Shown: piece after piece, positions 50,201 through 59,256 of the stretch
Layout: each line of letters starts with the position of its first letter
Numbering within the stretch: the stretch's first letter is position 1
Origin: a virus
Lineage: Duplodnaviria > Caudoviricetes
Virus record (IMG/VR): IMGVR_UViG_2884622180_000001
Coordinates: 3,013-67,012 of that record
Direction: 5' to 3' (one strand)
DNA length: 64,000 nt
Translations under genes and position numbers: made by a program
Notes under the pieces: generated by a model
What the model saw: the letters and a program-made list of their open reading frames with translations, nothing else
The model's database searches: none
Told to the model about the DNA's origin: nothing

Positions 50201-53200
50201 GCTGCCTCGGCCTTCGAGGTGGCATCCGCCGCCGCGGCACTTACCGCCTCGTTTTTCTTCGTATCGGCATACGTCTTGGCCGAGGCCAGTGCGGCGTTCG
50301 CGGCGCTGGTCCACTGGAGCGACACGGAAGCCCCGAACGTCACATTGCCGTACGTGTCCCATGCGATATTGCCCGAGGCGAGGCGTCCCGAGCCGTCATT
50401 GCCCAGTTTCCACTTCGTAGCGCCTGCGATCGAGCCGTCCGCTCCCAGCGAGACGTTGTTCTTCCAGATGCGCGAGGCTTCGATGTGCCATCCGGCGATT
50501 TCGTTCATGGAGCCCAGCGCGGCGACACGGACGCCGGAAGCATCCGACGCCCACAGGCCGAAGTCGTTGTCCGAATTGTAGTAGATCTGCACGCGGTGTC
50601 CTGCCGTGGAACTTCCGCCCGCACCGTAGACCGCGACGCGCCGGTTGCCGCTGTCGAGCAGGATATGGCTGCTCGCAAGCGTCGAAGCCCCGATCGTCCA
50701 GCCGCCGATTCTGCCTTTCTGGAAGTTCAGCGCAAGGCCCTCGATATAGGACGTATTGATGATGTCCGCCCGAATGCTTGACGCATCGAGCTTCCCGGCC
50801 GTAATGCTCCCGGCCGCGATACGGTCGGCCGAAAGCGTTCCGGTCTTGATACTGCCTGCATCGATCGACACGGCATTGACTTGCGAGGCCGTAAGCGTCC
50901 CGGTATAGATGCCCGTCGAAGAGATGTAGGTCAGCCGCGGGTACGACTCGCCGCCGAGGGCCGTCGTGATCGCGCCGACAGGTGCGCTCCAGTTCAGGGA
51001 GACTTCCTCCGCGAAAGTCACTTTCCCTGCGGCATCCCACGCGATCCGGCCGCCCGCCACGGCTCCGGCGCCCGACGCCTCCAGACGCCACTGATAACCC
51101 CGGATGCCGTTCGAGGAGAGCGTCACGGCGCCCGGGCCTGCCGTATAGCCGCCTACGGCATTGCATTTCGTACCGCGGAAGATCGCCTCCGAATCGATCG
51201 TCCAGCCGCCGATCGTGCCGCGCTCCACGTCGAGCGTCAGGGCCTCGATGTTCTCGGCCGTCAGCAGCCGGGCCTTCAGCGTATCCACATCGAGGTGCTC
51301 CGCAGCGATGACCCCGGCCGTGATCTGGGCCGCATCGATCGTGACGGCCCGCACCGTATCGGCCGAGAGCGTACCCGTAAAGACCCCATTGGCGTCGATA
51401 TAGGTCGCCCCGGCCCACTGCATCGAGACGGCTTTGCCGAACGAGATCTTGCCCGTTCCGGCATCGTAGCGGATAGACTCCTCCCCGCGGCCGATGATGA
51501 CACTTCCCGTCGTATCTATGGCGAATGTTTTCTGTCCGCCGTGAAAACCGTACAGCCCGTCGATCATCTCGCTCTGAAACTCTCCGGCCTCATTGCGCGA
51601 AAGCAGCTCGTAGCGACCCAGCGCAACGCCTGTGACCGTGCCGTCGCTGTTTTTTACTCCGGCGAAGATCTTCGGCGTAATGACGCTGCTCCCGTCGATG
51701 ACGGTCTTCCCGCTGTCCCAATCAGCAACCCAGTCCGGAAGGATGGCCGCGCCATCCTTGCCGGGCTCTCCTTTCTCGCCTTTGAGGTTCTCGCGCGCCT
51801 CCTCGCTCAGGTCTTCCCAGCGGATCATGAAGTCCTGAAGCGCGATCGTATCTGTCGTCCAGCGGAAACGGCCCGCAGCGAAGTGCCCCGTACCGTCGGG
51901 GTTGATGACAAAGGAATCGTCGCCCGCACGGATCGCGCCGTCGTCGTCGAGCCGCAGCAGCGGATGCTGGATCGTGCCGCCGATACCGCCGCGCGCGAAC
52001 CACGCGCCGTACTCGTCCGTCTCGCGCAGCACTCCGTCCGTAGGCTGGTAAGGCGTGGGTCGCGTGCCCGGCTCCAGTTGGGGCGCCGCGAGATCGAAAA
52101 TAACTCCTTTGGTGAAGGTGATCGCCATTTTCGATCCCTGTATGCGCTGTACCCGGAACGTATAATAAAAGCGCTGCCACTGTGCAGTAAGCGCGACGCT
52201 GACGGACGGACGGCGTCCGTGCCCCACTGTCAGCTTGTGGGGCGAACCCGTCCGGGCCCAGAACGAAAAGCAGTACCACTGCCCGTCGTGCGCCTTCGAC
52301 CACTCCTCGCTCTGGATTTCCAGAATCGCCGTGCCGGAAGAGACCCGGCAATAGCCGCCGATCCCTGTCGGAGCGCCGGAAGCGATCCATGTCGCCTTGG
52401 GGATAAATTGCGGCTGCAGGCTGTTGAGCACGCAGTTGCGGTGGATGCGCCCCACGTAGAAGGTCGAGGCGAAGCCCCGTTCGTCGGCCGCCGTGAGCGT
52501 TCCGGCGATGTGCACGTCGCCCGAAGCGTAGAGGTTGCGGAAGTAGGCCCCGTAGCCGTCGAGCCGTCCGAAGACGGGATCGACGACGCCCCGGATCCTG
52601 CCCACACGCCCCTTGGTCGCCCGGCCGAAGGAGGCGATGTCCTCCAGCCGTACGAGGTTGAGCTCCGCGATCTCGAACCACTGGCCCTCCGAAAGAGAGG
52701 CCGTAAGGTCTATCGAAAGCGCCCGCCGGTATATGGACGGATAGTCGGCCGTGAAGACGGCCAGAAAGTATGTCCACTCCGTACCTGCCGAAACCGTATC
52801 GGCGTAGTCCAGTTGCGTACCTCCCGTATAGCCGAACGTCACCGGAATATCCTGCAACGGAGCCGAAGCACGGACTTTGAACGAGAGAAGCAGCCGGTGG
52901 GAACTTTCCACGGTCTGTTCCAAGGTAATCTTCAGCCCGAAGGCGTCCGTACCCTCGTATGCGGTGCGCGTAAGACGGTAAATGCGAGAGACGCCCTCTT
53001 CGCTGTCCGCATAGCTCTCGTCGAGGTACTCCGCACCCTGCCGGGCGTAACGGCTGCCGTCGGGAGATTCGGGATAGCCGCCGCCCGTCTCGGGCCACAG
53101 CAGGGCGAAGTCGCGGGCAAGGCCGTCGATCACGTCCATATAGGGAGCCTCGGCGTCGGCGGCCGTGAGATAGAGGGCCCCGCTGCGCTCCGTATCGAAG

Positions 53201-53457
53201 AGGTTCGTGATACGCGCGAAGTCGAGCAGCTCGTCCGCACGGGGTTCGTCCCCCTCGACAAGGGCTCCTGTGAAATACGGAACCTCGGTCTCCCCGACGG
53301 TCTCGGTGCCGGTATCGAGCACCACCATCAGCGAATAGACCGTGCGCGGGGCGTCGCAGTATTCACGTCGCACGACGTCCCCGGCCTTGAGGCCCTGCAC
53401 CTTTTTCGAGTGCGGGTCCGTGCGGATCTTGTATATCGGATAATCGACCTTTGCCAT
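47287..53457 (-). CDS. Large modular tail fibre / receptor-binding protein (2056 aa)
   Basis: True start taken at MAKVDYP (53457); four G(I/V)(Y/F)TGT...GGWTI modules with inserted domains; upstream ORF extension overlaps the real gene 53460-55118. Confidence 0.8.
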   Translation of the reverse strand: MAKVDYPIYKIRTDPHSKKVQGLKAGDVVRREYCDAPRTVYSLMVVLDTGTETVGETEVPYFTGALVEGDEPRADELLDFARITNLFDTERSGALYLTAADAEAPYMDVIDGLARDFALLWPETGGGYPESPDGSRYARQGAEYLDESYADSEEGVSRIYRLTRTAYEGTDAFGLKITLEQTVESSHRLLLSFKVRASAPLQDIPVTFGYTGGTQLDYADTVSAGTEWTYFLAVFTADYPSIYRRALSIDLTASLSEGQWFEIAELNLVRLEDIASFGRATKGRVGRIRGVVDPVFGRLDGYGAYFRNLYASGDVHIAGTLTAADERGFASTFYVGRIHRNCVLNSLQPQFIPKATWIASGAPTGIGGYCRVSSGTAILEIQSEEWSKAHDGQWYCFSFWARTGSPHKLTVGHGRRPSVSVALTAQWQRFYYTFRVQRIQGSKMAITFTKGVIFDLAAPQLEPGTRPTPYQPTDGVLRETDEYGAWFARGGIGGTIQHPLLRLDDDGAIRAGDDSFVINPDGTGHFAAGRFRWTTDTIALQDFMIRWEDLSEEARENLKGEKGEPGKDGAAILPDWVADWDSGKTVIDGSSVITPKIFAGVKNSDGTVTGVALGRYELLSRNEAGEFQSEMIDGLYGFHGGQKTFAIDTTGSVIIGRGEESIRYDAGTGKISFGKAVSMQWAGATYIDANGVFTGTLSADTVRAVTIDAAQITAGVIAAEHLDVDTLKARLLTAENIEALTLDVERGTIGGWTIDSEAIFRGTKCNAVGGYTAGPGAVTLSSNGIRGYQWRLEASGAGAVAGGRIAWDAAGKVTFAEEVSLNWSAPVGAITTALGGESYPRLTYISSTGIYTGTLTASQVNAVSIDAGSIKTGTLSADRIAAGSITAGKLDASSIRADIINTSYIEGLALNFQKGRIGGWTIGASTLASSHILLDSGNRRVAVYGAGGSSTAGHRVQIYYNSDNDFGLWASDASGVRVAALGSMNEIAGWHIEASRIWKNNVSLGADGSIAGATKWKLGNDGSGRLASGNIAWDTYGNVTFGASVSLQWTSAANAALASAKTYADTKKNEAVSAAAADATSKAEAAKELARAMAFGKMLYRVPEFFLKGSVHYNGTSNYLGNTTRTIEQVTGCPNSTGYALKYTATGWNNSTDKRAGGFLFGTPSRANAVFIVRLIAQIPIGRALQNYHNAYGTGGTTRWLTSNVGTGKWEEYVCKIVCGTAEPFRTLNHFALTGGAEPTAAAPLVWYTAYATVFDVTASEGYTTTLDANGIYTGTLTAAQVNAVSIDAGSIKTGTLSADRIAAGSIKADKLDAASIKTNIVNASYINGLELTFSRGKIGGWTIGADNITAGSVGTYGATPIQIRSASVGSGYWYEGSYKPLGISMLWRQIGNAGHFVFGQVAATPTTVKTGFIGLQMMGWEGLEYFCLSTSYARSGSKEVYNRIAGWAFDHTRIWKNNVSLGADGSIVNGSKWKLNNDGSGSIASGNISWNAAGAVTFGASVSLQWKNDIQAAKSANYGYRYYKRIVVNGDSATYYPVVFKGGDQTVQRDIMIRRSFNEQAPSDWNNGSTTHMGGLNLLIKTNFGGWGGTGYSWDIYDLQEAYSRMFAGAAHCGNWCMFAVFLRGGGTTGAVYHLYSDQPIESSAMSPSPIPAAPQIAYNSDRIFLSGSTTADAPAPRTLTATVEEEIRRHRFIVLAQGNDTTLKGHPLTYISSTGIYTGTIRANQIQVDSALVVGGSAYAGSISVRDAGNSVKVTLDRTGITAVGGKIGGWTIDSSSVSTIVTSSGHRVCLSALGALYHDDPSTGKDYWNLKSDGSATFGGGAISFNHDGSGHLAARNITWDTAGSVTMTGTITASAGSIAGFTIKGNRLVNTAADSSIEFSSMIGYASLYINSGSSLISMRADSSRTGINIETYASGARGIRIIANAGSVYAIESYGPMQLGQRGGERWNVPGVLYIGSKYTTGYNSTFRKIWGEGVEVSSFSHIGSGKYKVMHNLYHTNYTVMAMQLGDSGYRGFYRLLEKGTNYFVLQNVGVEGKPDAAAFEFIIFGRNTW

Positions 53458-53459
53458 TC

Positions 53460-55118
53460 TCAGTGTATTCTTTCGACCGTGTCGCCACGGAAGCTGTGGC
53501 TGATCCACAGCGCCCCGGGGACGACCTCCGTGCGTTGTATTTCCAGTTCGTAGACGCGCATCCGCTTGCGGACGGTCACTTCGTCGAACGTCGCCCGGGT
53601 GCTGCCCGTCGTGCGGTTGCGCTGTACGGCCCAGCCCTCGCCGGCGAGTCCCGGCGTAAAGCGCTCGCTCGTCACATCGCCCGTCATATAGGCGTTTCCG
53701 TAGTGCATGATCCCGTCCTTTGCGGCCGAGAGGAAGAGCCCGTCGGATAAGTATAGGACGCCGTCCGCAAGGCGGGTGGCGGAACCGGCGATTTCGAAAG
53801 AAGCCACAGAGCGAACCGGCACGTCGAACAGCACGGCCGCAGCGTCCGTCCCGATCGAGAGGACTCCCTTCGGAGCATCGTCCTCCGCAGTATCCGCTAC
53901 GGAGAAAAGGTAGCGAAGGGTCATGGCGAGCGCTGTACGCTCCACCGTACCGCTGTCTGGCAGCGTGCGTTCGAAGCATCCGTGGAGCGCGACGCCTCCG
54001 TCCTTTTCGCAGAGGTACGGCCCCGCATCCGAGCCGAAGCGCAGCCGCCGATGGATCACGATGCCCTCGTCTGCGGAATCCGTCCGGTAGCTTGAAAGCA
54101 GCATCTCGCCGAAGTCGTGGCGCACGGTAAGCGACGCGGGAAACGAGGCCGCGCCGTGCGGCGAGAGGAGCATGTAGCTGTCGTCCGTATCCATCAGCCC
54201 CGAGAGCAGGCGGATGCGGCCCGTCTGCCCGCCGCCCAAGAGCAGGTTGCCCCCGGCGCCCGAAAGCTGTACCTCTCTTTCCGATACGCGATTCAGTACC
54301 GTAGCTCCGCCCATGCGGATACCGTACCCTTCGCCGAAGGAGAGGTGGCACGAGGCCGCGAGCTCATCCTCGCGCAACAGCGCCATCCGCCGTCCCTCGA
54401 TACCCAGCTCCGCGCCGTGCAGCGCCCGGAGCGTGCCTGATAATTCGACGACACCAGCAACGGACAACGCGCCTGCGACCCTTGCGTCGCGCATCGTCCA
54501 GTCCGCATCGTCGCGGTTGGCGTTGCCGCCATGAAAGACCGCGTGCCCGCCGACCGCGATACCGTCCGGAGCGATCCGCACGCCGCTGTCCTCCGCTCCC
54601 ACAAGGATCGAAGCCTGCGATGTGAGAGCCGTATCGCCCAGATCGAATGCTGCAGCCGAGACCGTGACACGTCCATCCTCCGGATCATAAGCGATCACCC
54701 GTTTTCCGGAAAGGAGGATGCCGCCCCGCACGTCGATATCTTCCGGGAAGCGCACGCCGGCCCCATCCTCACGGGCGTAAGCCGCCATCAGGGTACGGTT
54801 CCCCGCACCCGCCTCGAACCCGTAGTGGGCCCGCAGCAGGCCCGACATATCCCCGCCGCTCTTTCGCAGGTACTCCATGAGGACGCCGCCCTCGCTGCCG
54901 CCGTCTCCGCCTACGGCTCCCGCAATGGCCGCAGCGAAGCCGTAGGCCGTATTGTGCAGGCGGGTCGATGTCGCGTCCCCTTCCTCCACGCCCCACGGAT
55001 GCTCGTCATCCTTGCGATCTTGGGCGTTTAAGAACCGGTTGTAAAGTTCCGTATAGATGCTGTGGCAGAGGCTCCCCGGCGTAAGGGAGCCGATGGCGGG
55101 GTCTTTCTCGACGCTCAT
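53460..55118 (-). CDS. Tail/baseplate structural protein (552 aa)
   Basis: Beta-rich ORF between spike and fibre; C-terminal FDEVTVRKRMRVYELEI motif. Confidence 0.55.
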   Translation of the reverse strand: MSVEKDPAIGSLTPGSLCHSIYTELYNRFLNAQDRKDDEHPWGVEEGDATSTRLHNTAYGFAAAIAGAVGGDGGSEGGVLMEYLRKSGGDMSGLLRAHYGFEAGAGNRTLMAAYAREDGAGVRFPEDIDVRGGILLSGKRVIAYDPEDGRVTVSAAAFDLGDTALTSQASILVGAEDSGVRIAPDGIAVGGHAVFHGGNANRDDADWTMRDARVAGALSVAGVVELSGTLRALHGAELGIEGRRMALLREDELAASCHLSFGEGYGIRMGGATVLNRVSEREVQLSGAGGNLLLGGGQTGRIRLLSGLMDTDDSYMLLSPHGAASFPASLTVRHDFGEMLLSSYRTDSADEGIVIHRRLRFGSDAGPYLCEKDGGVALHGCFERTLPDSGTVERTALAMTLRYLFSVADTAEDDAPKGVLSIGTDAAAVLFDVPVRSVASFEIAGSATRLADGVLYLSDGLFLSAAKDGIMHYGNAYMTGDVTSERFTPGLAGEGWAVQRNRTTGSTRATFDEVTVRKRMRVYELEIQRTEVVPGALWISHSFRGDTVERIH

Positions 55119-56023
55119 TTCGTAAAGGAAGTTTGGGAGAGGAAATTCTGTATCTTGGAGATCAGCGGCGCGAAGTTAGGGGCATTCACCGCCGGCATCG
55201 TACCCATCAGCGTAGGGGTCATAATTTTCGTGCATTCGGTAATAAATTCCATCATGAGCTGCGCGAGCTGCCGGCCGAGGACCATGGGTTCGGTGGCATC
55301 CTCGGCCCCGAGGGTGATCTTCTCTCCCGTGACGGTCACGGCCTGCTCGCCGACCTTCGTTTCGGCCTTGTCAGCCGAAAGGTTGAACTCGCCCCGGTCG
55401 GCTTTCAGGGCGATCGTCTCGGCATCCTGTGTGAGGGCCGTTTCCTTGCCGGCATCGCTTTTGACCTTCGAGGCGATCCCCTCGGACGTATAGTGTGTCG
55501 AGGCTTCGTTGCCCGTAGGTTCCAGTTCGTCATAGTCGGGCGTCGAGTCGCTCGACGTATCCAGTTGCTCGGTCTCACGGACGCCCACCGTGACCGTCGT
55601 GTGGGCGCTGAGCTGGATCAGATCCGCATGCGAGAAGTTCACGACGTACATCGCGCGCGTGGCGGCGTCCGAGACGATCGTAACGTCCGAGAGCAGTGTC
55701 GGGACGATGAGAAAGCCGCCGCTGTTGTCCTGCGTGCCGGCCAGCAGTACGCCTTTGTGGATGATCGGCTCCGTGGAGGCCGTCTCGTCGGGGTATTCGC
55801 CCACGTCGATCGTGCCGCCGTACCGGGCGAACTCCGCATCCGCGGGGTCGTCATGGATCTTGGCCACGTAGCCGTGGATCAGGCGTGCCGTACCTACGCC
55901 GCCCGTACCCCCGGGCGACATGTCCACACGGTCGATGCTCCGCCCCAGAGCGATGCGGCGGATCGCTTCGCGGATCAGGTGCTGGCTGCCGGAGCTATTG
56001 AGGGTTTTATTTTCCGTTTCCAT
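55115..56023 (-). CDS. Baseplate spike / gpV-like protein
   Basis: N-terminal OB-like region, beta-helical C-terminus, ITLGAEDATEPMVLGRQL ending. Confidence 0.5.
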   Translation of the reverse strand: METENKTLNSSGSQHLIREAIRRIALGRSIDRVDMSPGGTGGVGTARLIHGYVAKIHDDPADAEFARYGGTIDVGEYPDETASTEPIIHKGVLLAGTQDNSGGFLIVPTLLSDVTIVSDAATRAMYVVNFSHADLIQLSAHTTVTVGVRETEQLDTSSDSTPDYDELEPTGNEASTHYTSEGIASKVKSDAGKETALTQDAETIALKADRGEFNLSADKAETKVGEQAVTVTGEKITLGAEDATEPMVLGRQLAQLMMEFITECTKIMTPTLMGTMPAVNAPNFAPLISKIQNFLSQTSFTK

Positions 56024-56261
56024 TCCTTACAGGTATTTAGTAAGAAATAGGAGGAATCGGAGCGGAGCGGTGAATCCGCTTATGAAAAGAGCCGGAAGGG
56101 ATTTTGCGTCGAGTTGATGCAACGACAGATCATCCGTTTAGGCTATTACTGGAAACGGCGTATGCCGATCAACCGACGAATTCCTGAGTTAAATTACTTT
56201 TAGATATATTGGTTTGCCCGAATTTTGCGTTATCTTTGTAATAAGAGAAATGGAGGAAACT

Positions 56262-56486
56262 ATGAATCAGATCATCATAACCCCGAAATCCGAACAGGAG
56301 CATTCGTTCGTGATGGAGATGCTCAAGCGGATGAAGATCAAGGCCACGTCCATAGAGGAGAAGCCTTTGCGCCGTATGACGGTCGAAGAGTATCGTGCGA
56401 TGGCAGAGAGAGCTATTGCTGATGCGGAGGCGGGCCGCACGATATCGCAATCCGAAATGGAAAAACGCGTTGCATCGTGGCGGTAA
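56262..56486 (+). CDS. Antitoxin (ParD-like)
   Basis: RAIADAEAGRTISQSEM motif; overlaps the toxin; TATCTTTG -7 box at 56231-56238. Confidence 0.65.
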   Translation: MNQIIITPKSEQEHSFVMEMLKRMKIKATSIEEKPLRRMTVEEYRAMAERAIADAEAGRTISQSEMEKRVASWR

Positions 56487-56788
56487 TCGTCGAATGGTCG
56501 GAGCAGGCCGCTTCGAGTTTGGAGGAGATCTTTGGCTACCACAAAGAGGTGGCCGGGTTGAGAGTTGCGCGAAAGATCGCAACGAAAATTACGCAGCGCA
56601 CACAAATTCTTTCGGACAATCCCCTTATCGGACAGCGGGAAGAATTACTGAAAGACTTATCGGTCGAGTTCAGGTATCTTGTCGAGGGGAACTATAAAAT
56701 TCTCTATTATACACTGCCGGAAAAGGTCGTCATTTCTCTTGTTTTCGATTGTCGTCAGAACCCTGAAAAGATGCGGGATATAAAATAA
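56477..56788 (+). CDS. RelE/ParE family toxin
   Basis: VEWSEQA...LEEIFGY...LSDNPLIG...FRYLVEGNYKILY...VFDCRQNP. Confidence 0.85.
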   Translation: MAVIVEWSEQAASSLEEIFGYHKEVAGLRVARKIATKITQRTQILSDNPLIGQREELLKDLSVEFRYLVEGNYKILYYTLPEKVVISLVFDCRQNPEKMRDIK

Positions 56789-56818
56789 CGACTATATCGT
56801 GGTTCTTATCACAAATAG

Positions 56819-56845
56819 AACGTGCAAACTATTGCACGTTTTTTT
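56819..56845 (+). terminator. Intrinsic terminator
   Basis: AACGTGCAA-acta-TTGCACGTT-TTTTT. Confidence 0.75.
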
Positions 56846-56952
56846 ATGCTTGGGAATTTACATAAGAGCGACACCTCCGGCAATAAAATGAAATTTGTCG
56901 ACAAATTTATTGGAGTGTTGAAACGGATTAAAAACAGCCTGTTTCCGCTATG

Positions 56953-58311
56953 TTATGCCCCTTTCTTCCTATCCCCATAAGTTTCCTTCCTGCCCCGTAT
57001 TTTGTATGGTAAGGTCAACCTTTGGCGGTACCCGCCCGTTCCGAATGTCGTCGTGACCTCTTCGACTAAATAGACTCCGTTCTTCGAAGGATTGCGCTCG
57101 TCGATAAGCTCTACCTGACAGGCGGGTGCGAGGGCGTGGTCGCCGAAGATCGTCAGGTGGCCCGTGATGCCGTTCAGGTTGTATCCACGGAAGTATTCGA
57201 TGGCCTCCTCGACGAGTTTATCGGAGGTAATACGCATATTGGTCGAAGTGTACGGCACGACCGTATAGCTCGAAAGATCGACCTTCGTGCGCGTCGCGGC
57301 CCCTGCGGCCGTAGTGTTGCCCGTGAGCTTGTGCGTCTTCTTCGAAATCTGCGTGGCGTTGACCGTCTGGAACTCCTTGCTCTGGGGGTTCGAGGGGTCG
57401 TAGTCGGGATTCAGGCGCACGGTCACCTCGAAGAATTTCTCGTCCGTACCCAGCGCCTTGGCCTGCACGGCCAGAAAGCGCGGGTCGGTACGCAGCACCT
57501 TCAGGTCGTTGCTCGCCACATGCCGGTCGAAGCGGATCGGGAACGGCGCCGGGTCGTCGTTCGGAAACTGCGGCTGGCTGGCCGAAGAGGAGTACGGACG
57601 TCCCACGGCGATCGTCGGCATCGCATCTTCCGAGGCGCTGTCGTACTTCAAAAAGCAGTAGACGCGGTAGCGGCTCCATGAGTTCAGCACGTCGGCCACG
57701 GTAAAGTTGTCCGTAACCTTGATCTTGCCGATCTCGATGTCGAAGCGGCGGGTCTGGCTGTGGAGCGTAAAGCCCGTGTCTTTCAGCAGGCCGTACTTGT
57801 CTCCCAGCACGTCGTTTACCTTCGTGCCTTCCACGGGCGTCTCGAACTTGGGCGCCGTCTTGAGTTTGAGCTTGTAGGCCAAATTCTCGCACTCGATTTC
57901 GAACCGGCTGTCGGAGTTGTAGGCCGTGATATAGCCGTCGAACATGTTCTTGAGCGCCCCGTTGTATCCTAACTTGATATTGATGCGCTGACCGACCTTG
58001 AAAGTCTTGTCGTCGAGGGCCGCCTGCCCGGTACGCTTCTCAACGAGCACGCCGTCCTGCATGATCTCCGTCGTCAGGCGCGAGGCGTCCACGCCCTCGG
58101 CCGTCACAGAGCCGATGATCGTGCTTTTATAGACCGTGCCCTTGGGGAAGGTCAGCTTGGCCGTGCCGATGAGCTCCTTGTAAGATTCGGTAATCTGGAT
58201 CTCCTGCACCTCCGTAAGCTCGATGCCGTTGCGGATGACAATGGGGTTCGACGGGTCGGCGTCGCCGATGGTGATGCGGCATGAGAGTATGTCCAAACCG
58301 TTCAGAGCCAT
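56953..58311 (-). CDS. Baseplate hub / late control D-like protein
   Basis: IQITESYKELIGTAKLTFP, INIKLGYNG...MFDGYI, GVYLVEEVTTTFG.GGYRQ. Confidence 0.65.
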   Translation of the reverse strand: MALNGLDILSCRITIGDADPSNPIVIRNGIELTEVQEIQITESYKELIGTAKLTFPKGTVYKSTIIGSVTAEGVDASRLTTEIMQDGVLVEKRTGQAALDDKTFKVGQRINIKLGYNGALKNMFDGYITAYNSDSRFEIECENLAYKLKLKTAPKFETPVEGTKVNDVLGDKYGLLKDTGFTLHSQTRRFDIEIGKIKVTDNFTVADVLNSWSRYRVYCFLKYDSASEDAMPTIAVGRPYSSSASQPQFPNDDPAPFPIRFDRHVASNDLKVLRTDPRFLAVQAKALGTDEKFFEVTVRLNPDYDPSNPQSKEFQTVNATQISKKTHKLTGNTTAAGAATRTKVDLSSYTVVPYTSTNMRITSDKLVEEAIEYFRGYNLNGITGHLTIFGDHALAPACQVELIDERNPSKNGVYLVEEVTTTFGTGGYRQRLTLPYKIRGRKETYGDRKKGA

Positions 58312-59252
58312 AGGCGGCTGATTTTAAGCAGGGAGGCCGGATCCACGACGTCCGTGCCCATTTTGACCCACTTGATCCACTTGTTCGTATGCTTGATCGC
58401 TTCGTCCAGACGTTCCTGCTCGGCGGTCTTGACCTCGATGGCCTCCGAAGGCTCCACGGCCACGCACTGCATCTGGTAGGGCTGCACATTGCGGCAGTCG
58501 GAAGTCCCGAGCGTATAGCCCAGCACGATAAGCTGCGTAATCTTGAACTGCCGCAGGATCGTGTTGCTGCAGTCAATGATTCCTTTGTGCCGCATGAGCT
58601 TGAGGAATTTCGACACCTCGGCTTCGGGATAGACGTCCGGGTACTTGCTCGTGATGCGGCCGCTGATCGCGATCTCGTAGTCGCCGCCCGAGACGTACTC
58701 CTTGCGCGAATAGTCGCGTCCCTGCACGGTCGTCAGCACCACATTGTTCTTGCTCGACACCTGCACATGGGGTCCGAGATCCACGAACTCCACGCGTGCG
58801 GCGCCTTTCCCCGCCGCGCCGTCGCCGACCGTGGCGCCCAACTCGAGATAGTCGGTCACGATGTTACCCACGATCGTGTCGGTATAGTTCTTCTGCCGCG
58901 CCACGGCCTGCTGGTTCTCGATCAGCCGGTAATACTGGCCCGTCTTGTTGGCAAGGCTTGTCTGCGACTGCGTTTCGAGGTATTTGTTGCGTACCTGCTG
59001 CTCCCAGTATTTCAGATAGCGGGGATATGAACGCAGCGCTCCGTAGGCCGCCTGATGCGCCGTCTGGACCAAGCCCCGTCCCAGCAGGTTCACGTCCTTG
59101 CCCAGATAGTGCACCGTGCCGTCCTGCAGGTGCGCCAGCCCCATGCCCAGCGCACGGCGGGCCGCATCCGAGATGTAGCCGCCGAGCGTATAATGGTTGA
59201 TGAGCCCGCCCGAGAGGAGGGTCGAAATCCCTATGTTCAGCAATCTTCCCAT
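58302..59252 (-). CDS. DUF6046-domain tail/baseplate protein
   Basis: VSSKNNVVLTTVQGRDYSRKEYVSGGDYEIAISG; follows the tape measure. Confidence 0.6.
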   Translation of the reverse strand: MGRLLNIGISTLLSGGLINHYTLGGYISDAARRALGMGLAHLQDGTVHYLGKDVNLLGRGLVQTAHQAAYGALRSYPRYLKYWEQQVRNKYLETQSQTSLANKTGQYYRLIENQQAVARQKNYTDTIVGNIVTDYLELGATVGDGAAGKGAARVEFVDLGPHVQVSSKNNVVLTTVQGRDYSRKEYVSGGDYEIAISGRITSKYPDVYPEAEVSKFLKLMRHKGIIDCSNTILRQFKITQLIVLGYTLGTSDCRNVQPYQMQCVAVEPSEAIEVKTAEQERLDEAIKHTNKWIKWVKMGTDVVDPASLLKISRLWL

Positions 59253-59256
59253 ACCG

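Noticed and set aside
48290-51420. Shufflon-type invertible tail fibre cassettes
   Set aside because: Fibre repeats are direct, not inverted, and no adjacent invertase is present
50881-53553. Long plus-strand ORFs (890 aa here; also 61204-62997, 34812-36545, 25214-26902, 56953-region and others)
   Set aside because: Antisense shadows of GC-rich minus-strand genes; no recognisable motifs and fully overlapped by better-supported genes
53458-54351. ORF track's 298-aa N-terminal extension of the tail fibre
   Set aside because: Overlaps the real gene 53460-55118 in another frame; composition is non-protein-like (Arg/Gly/Ala-rich)
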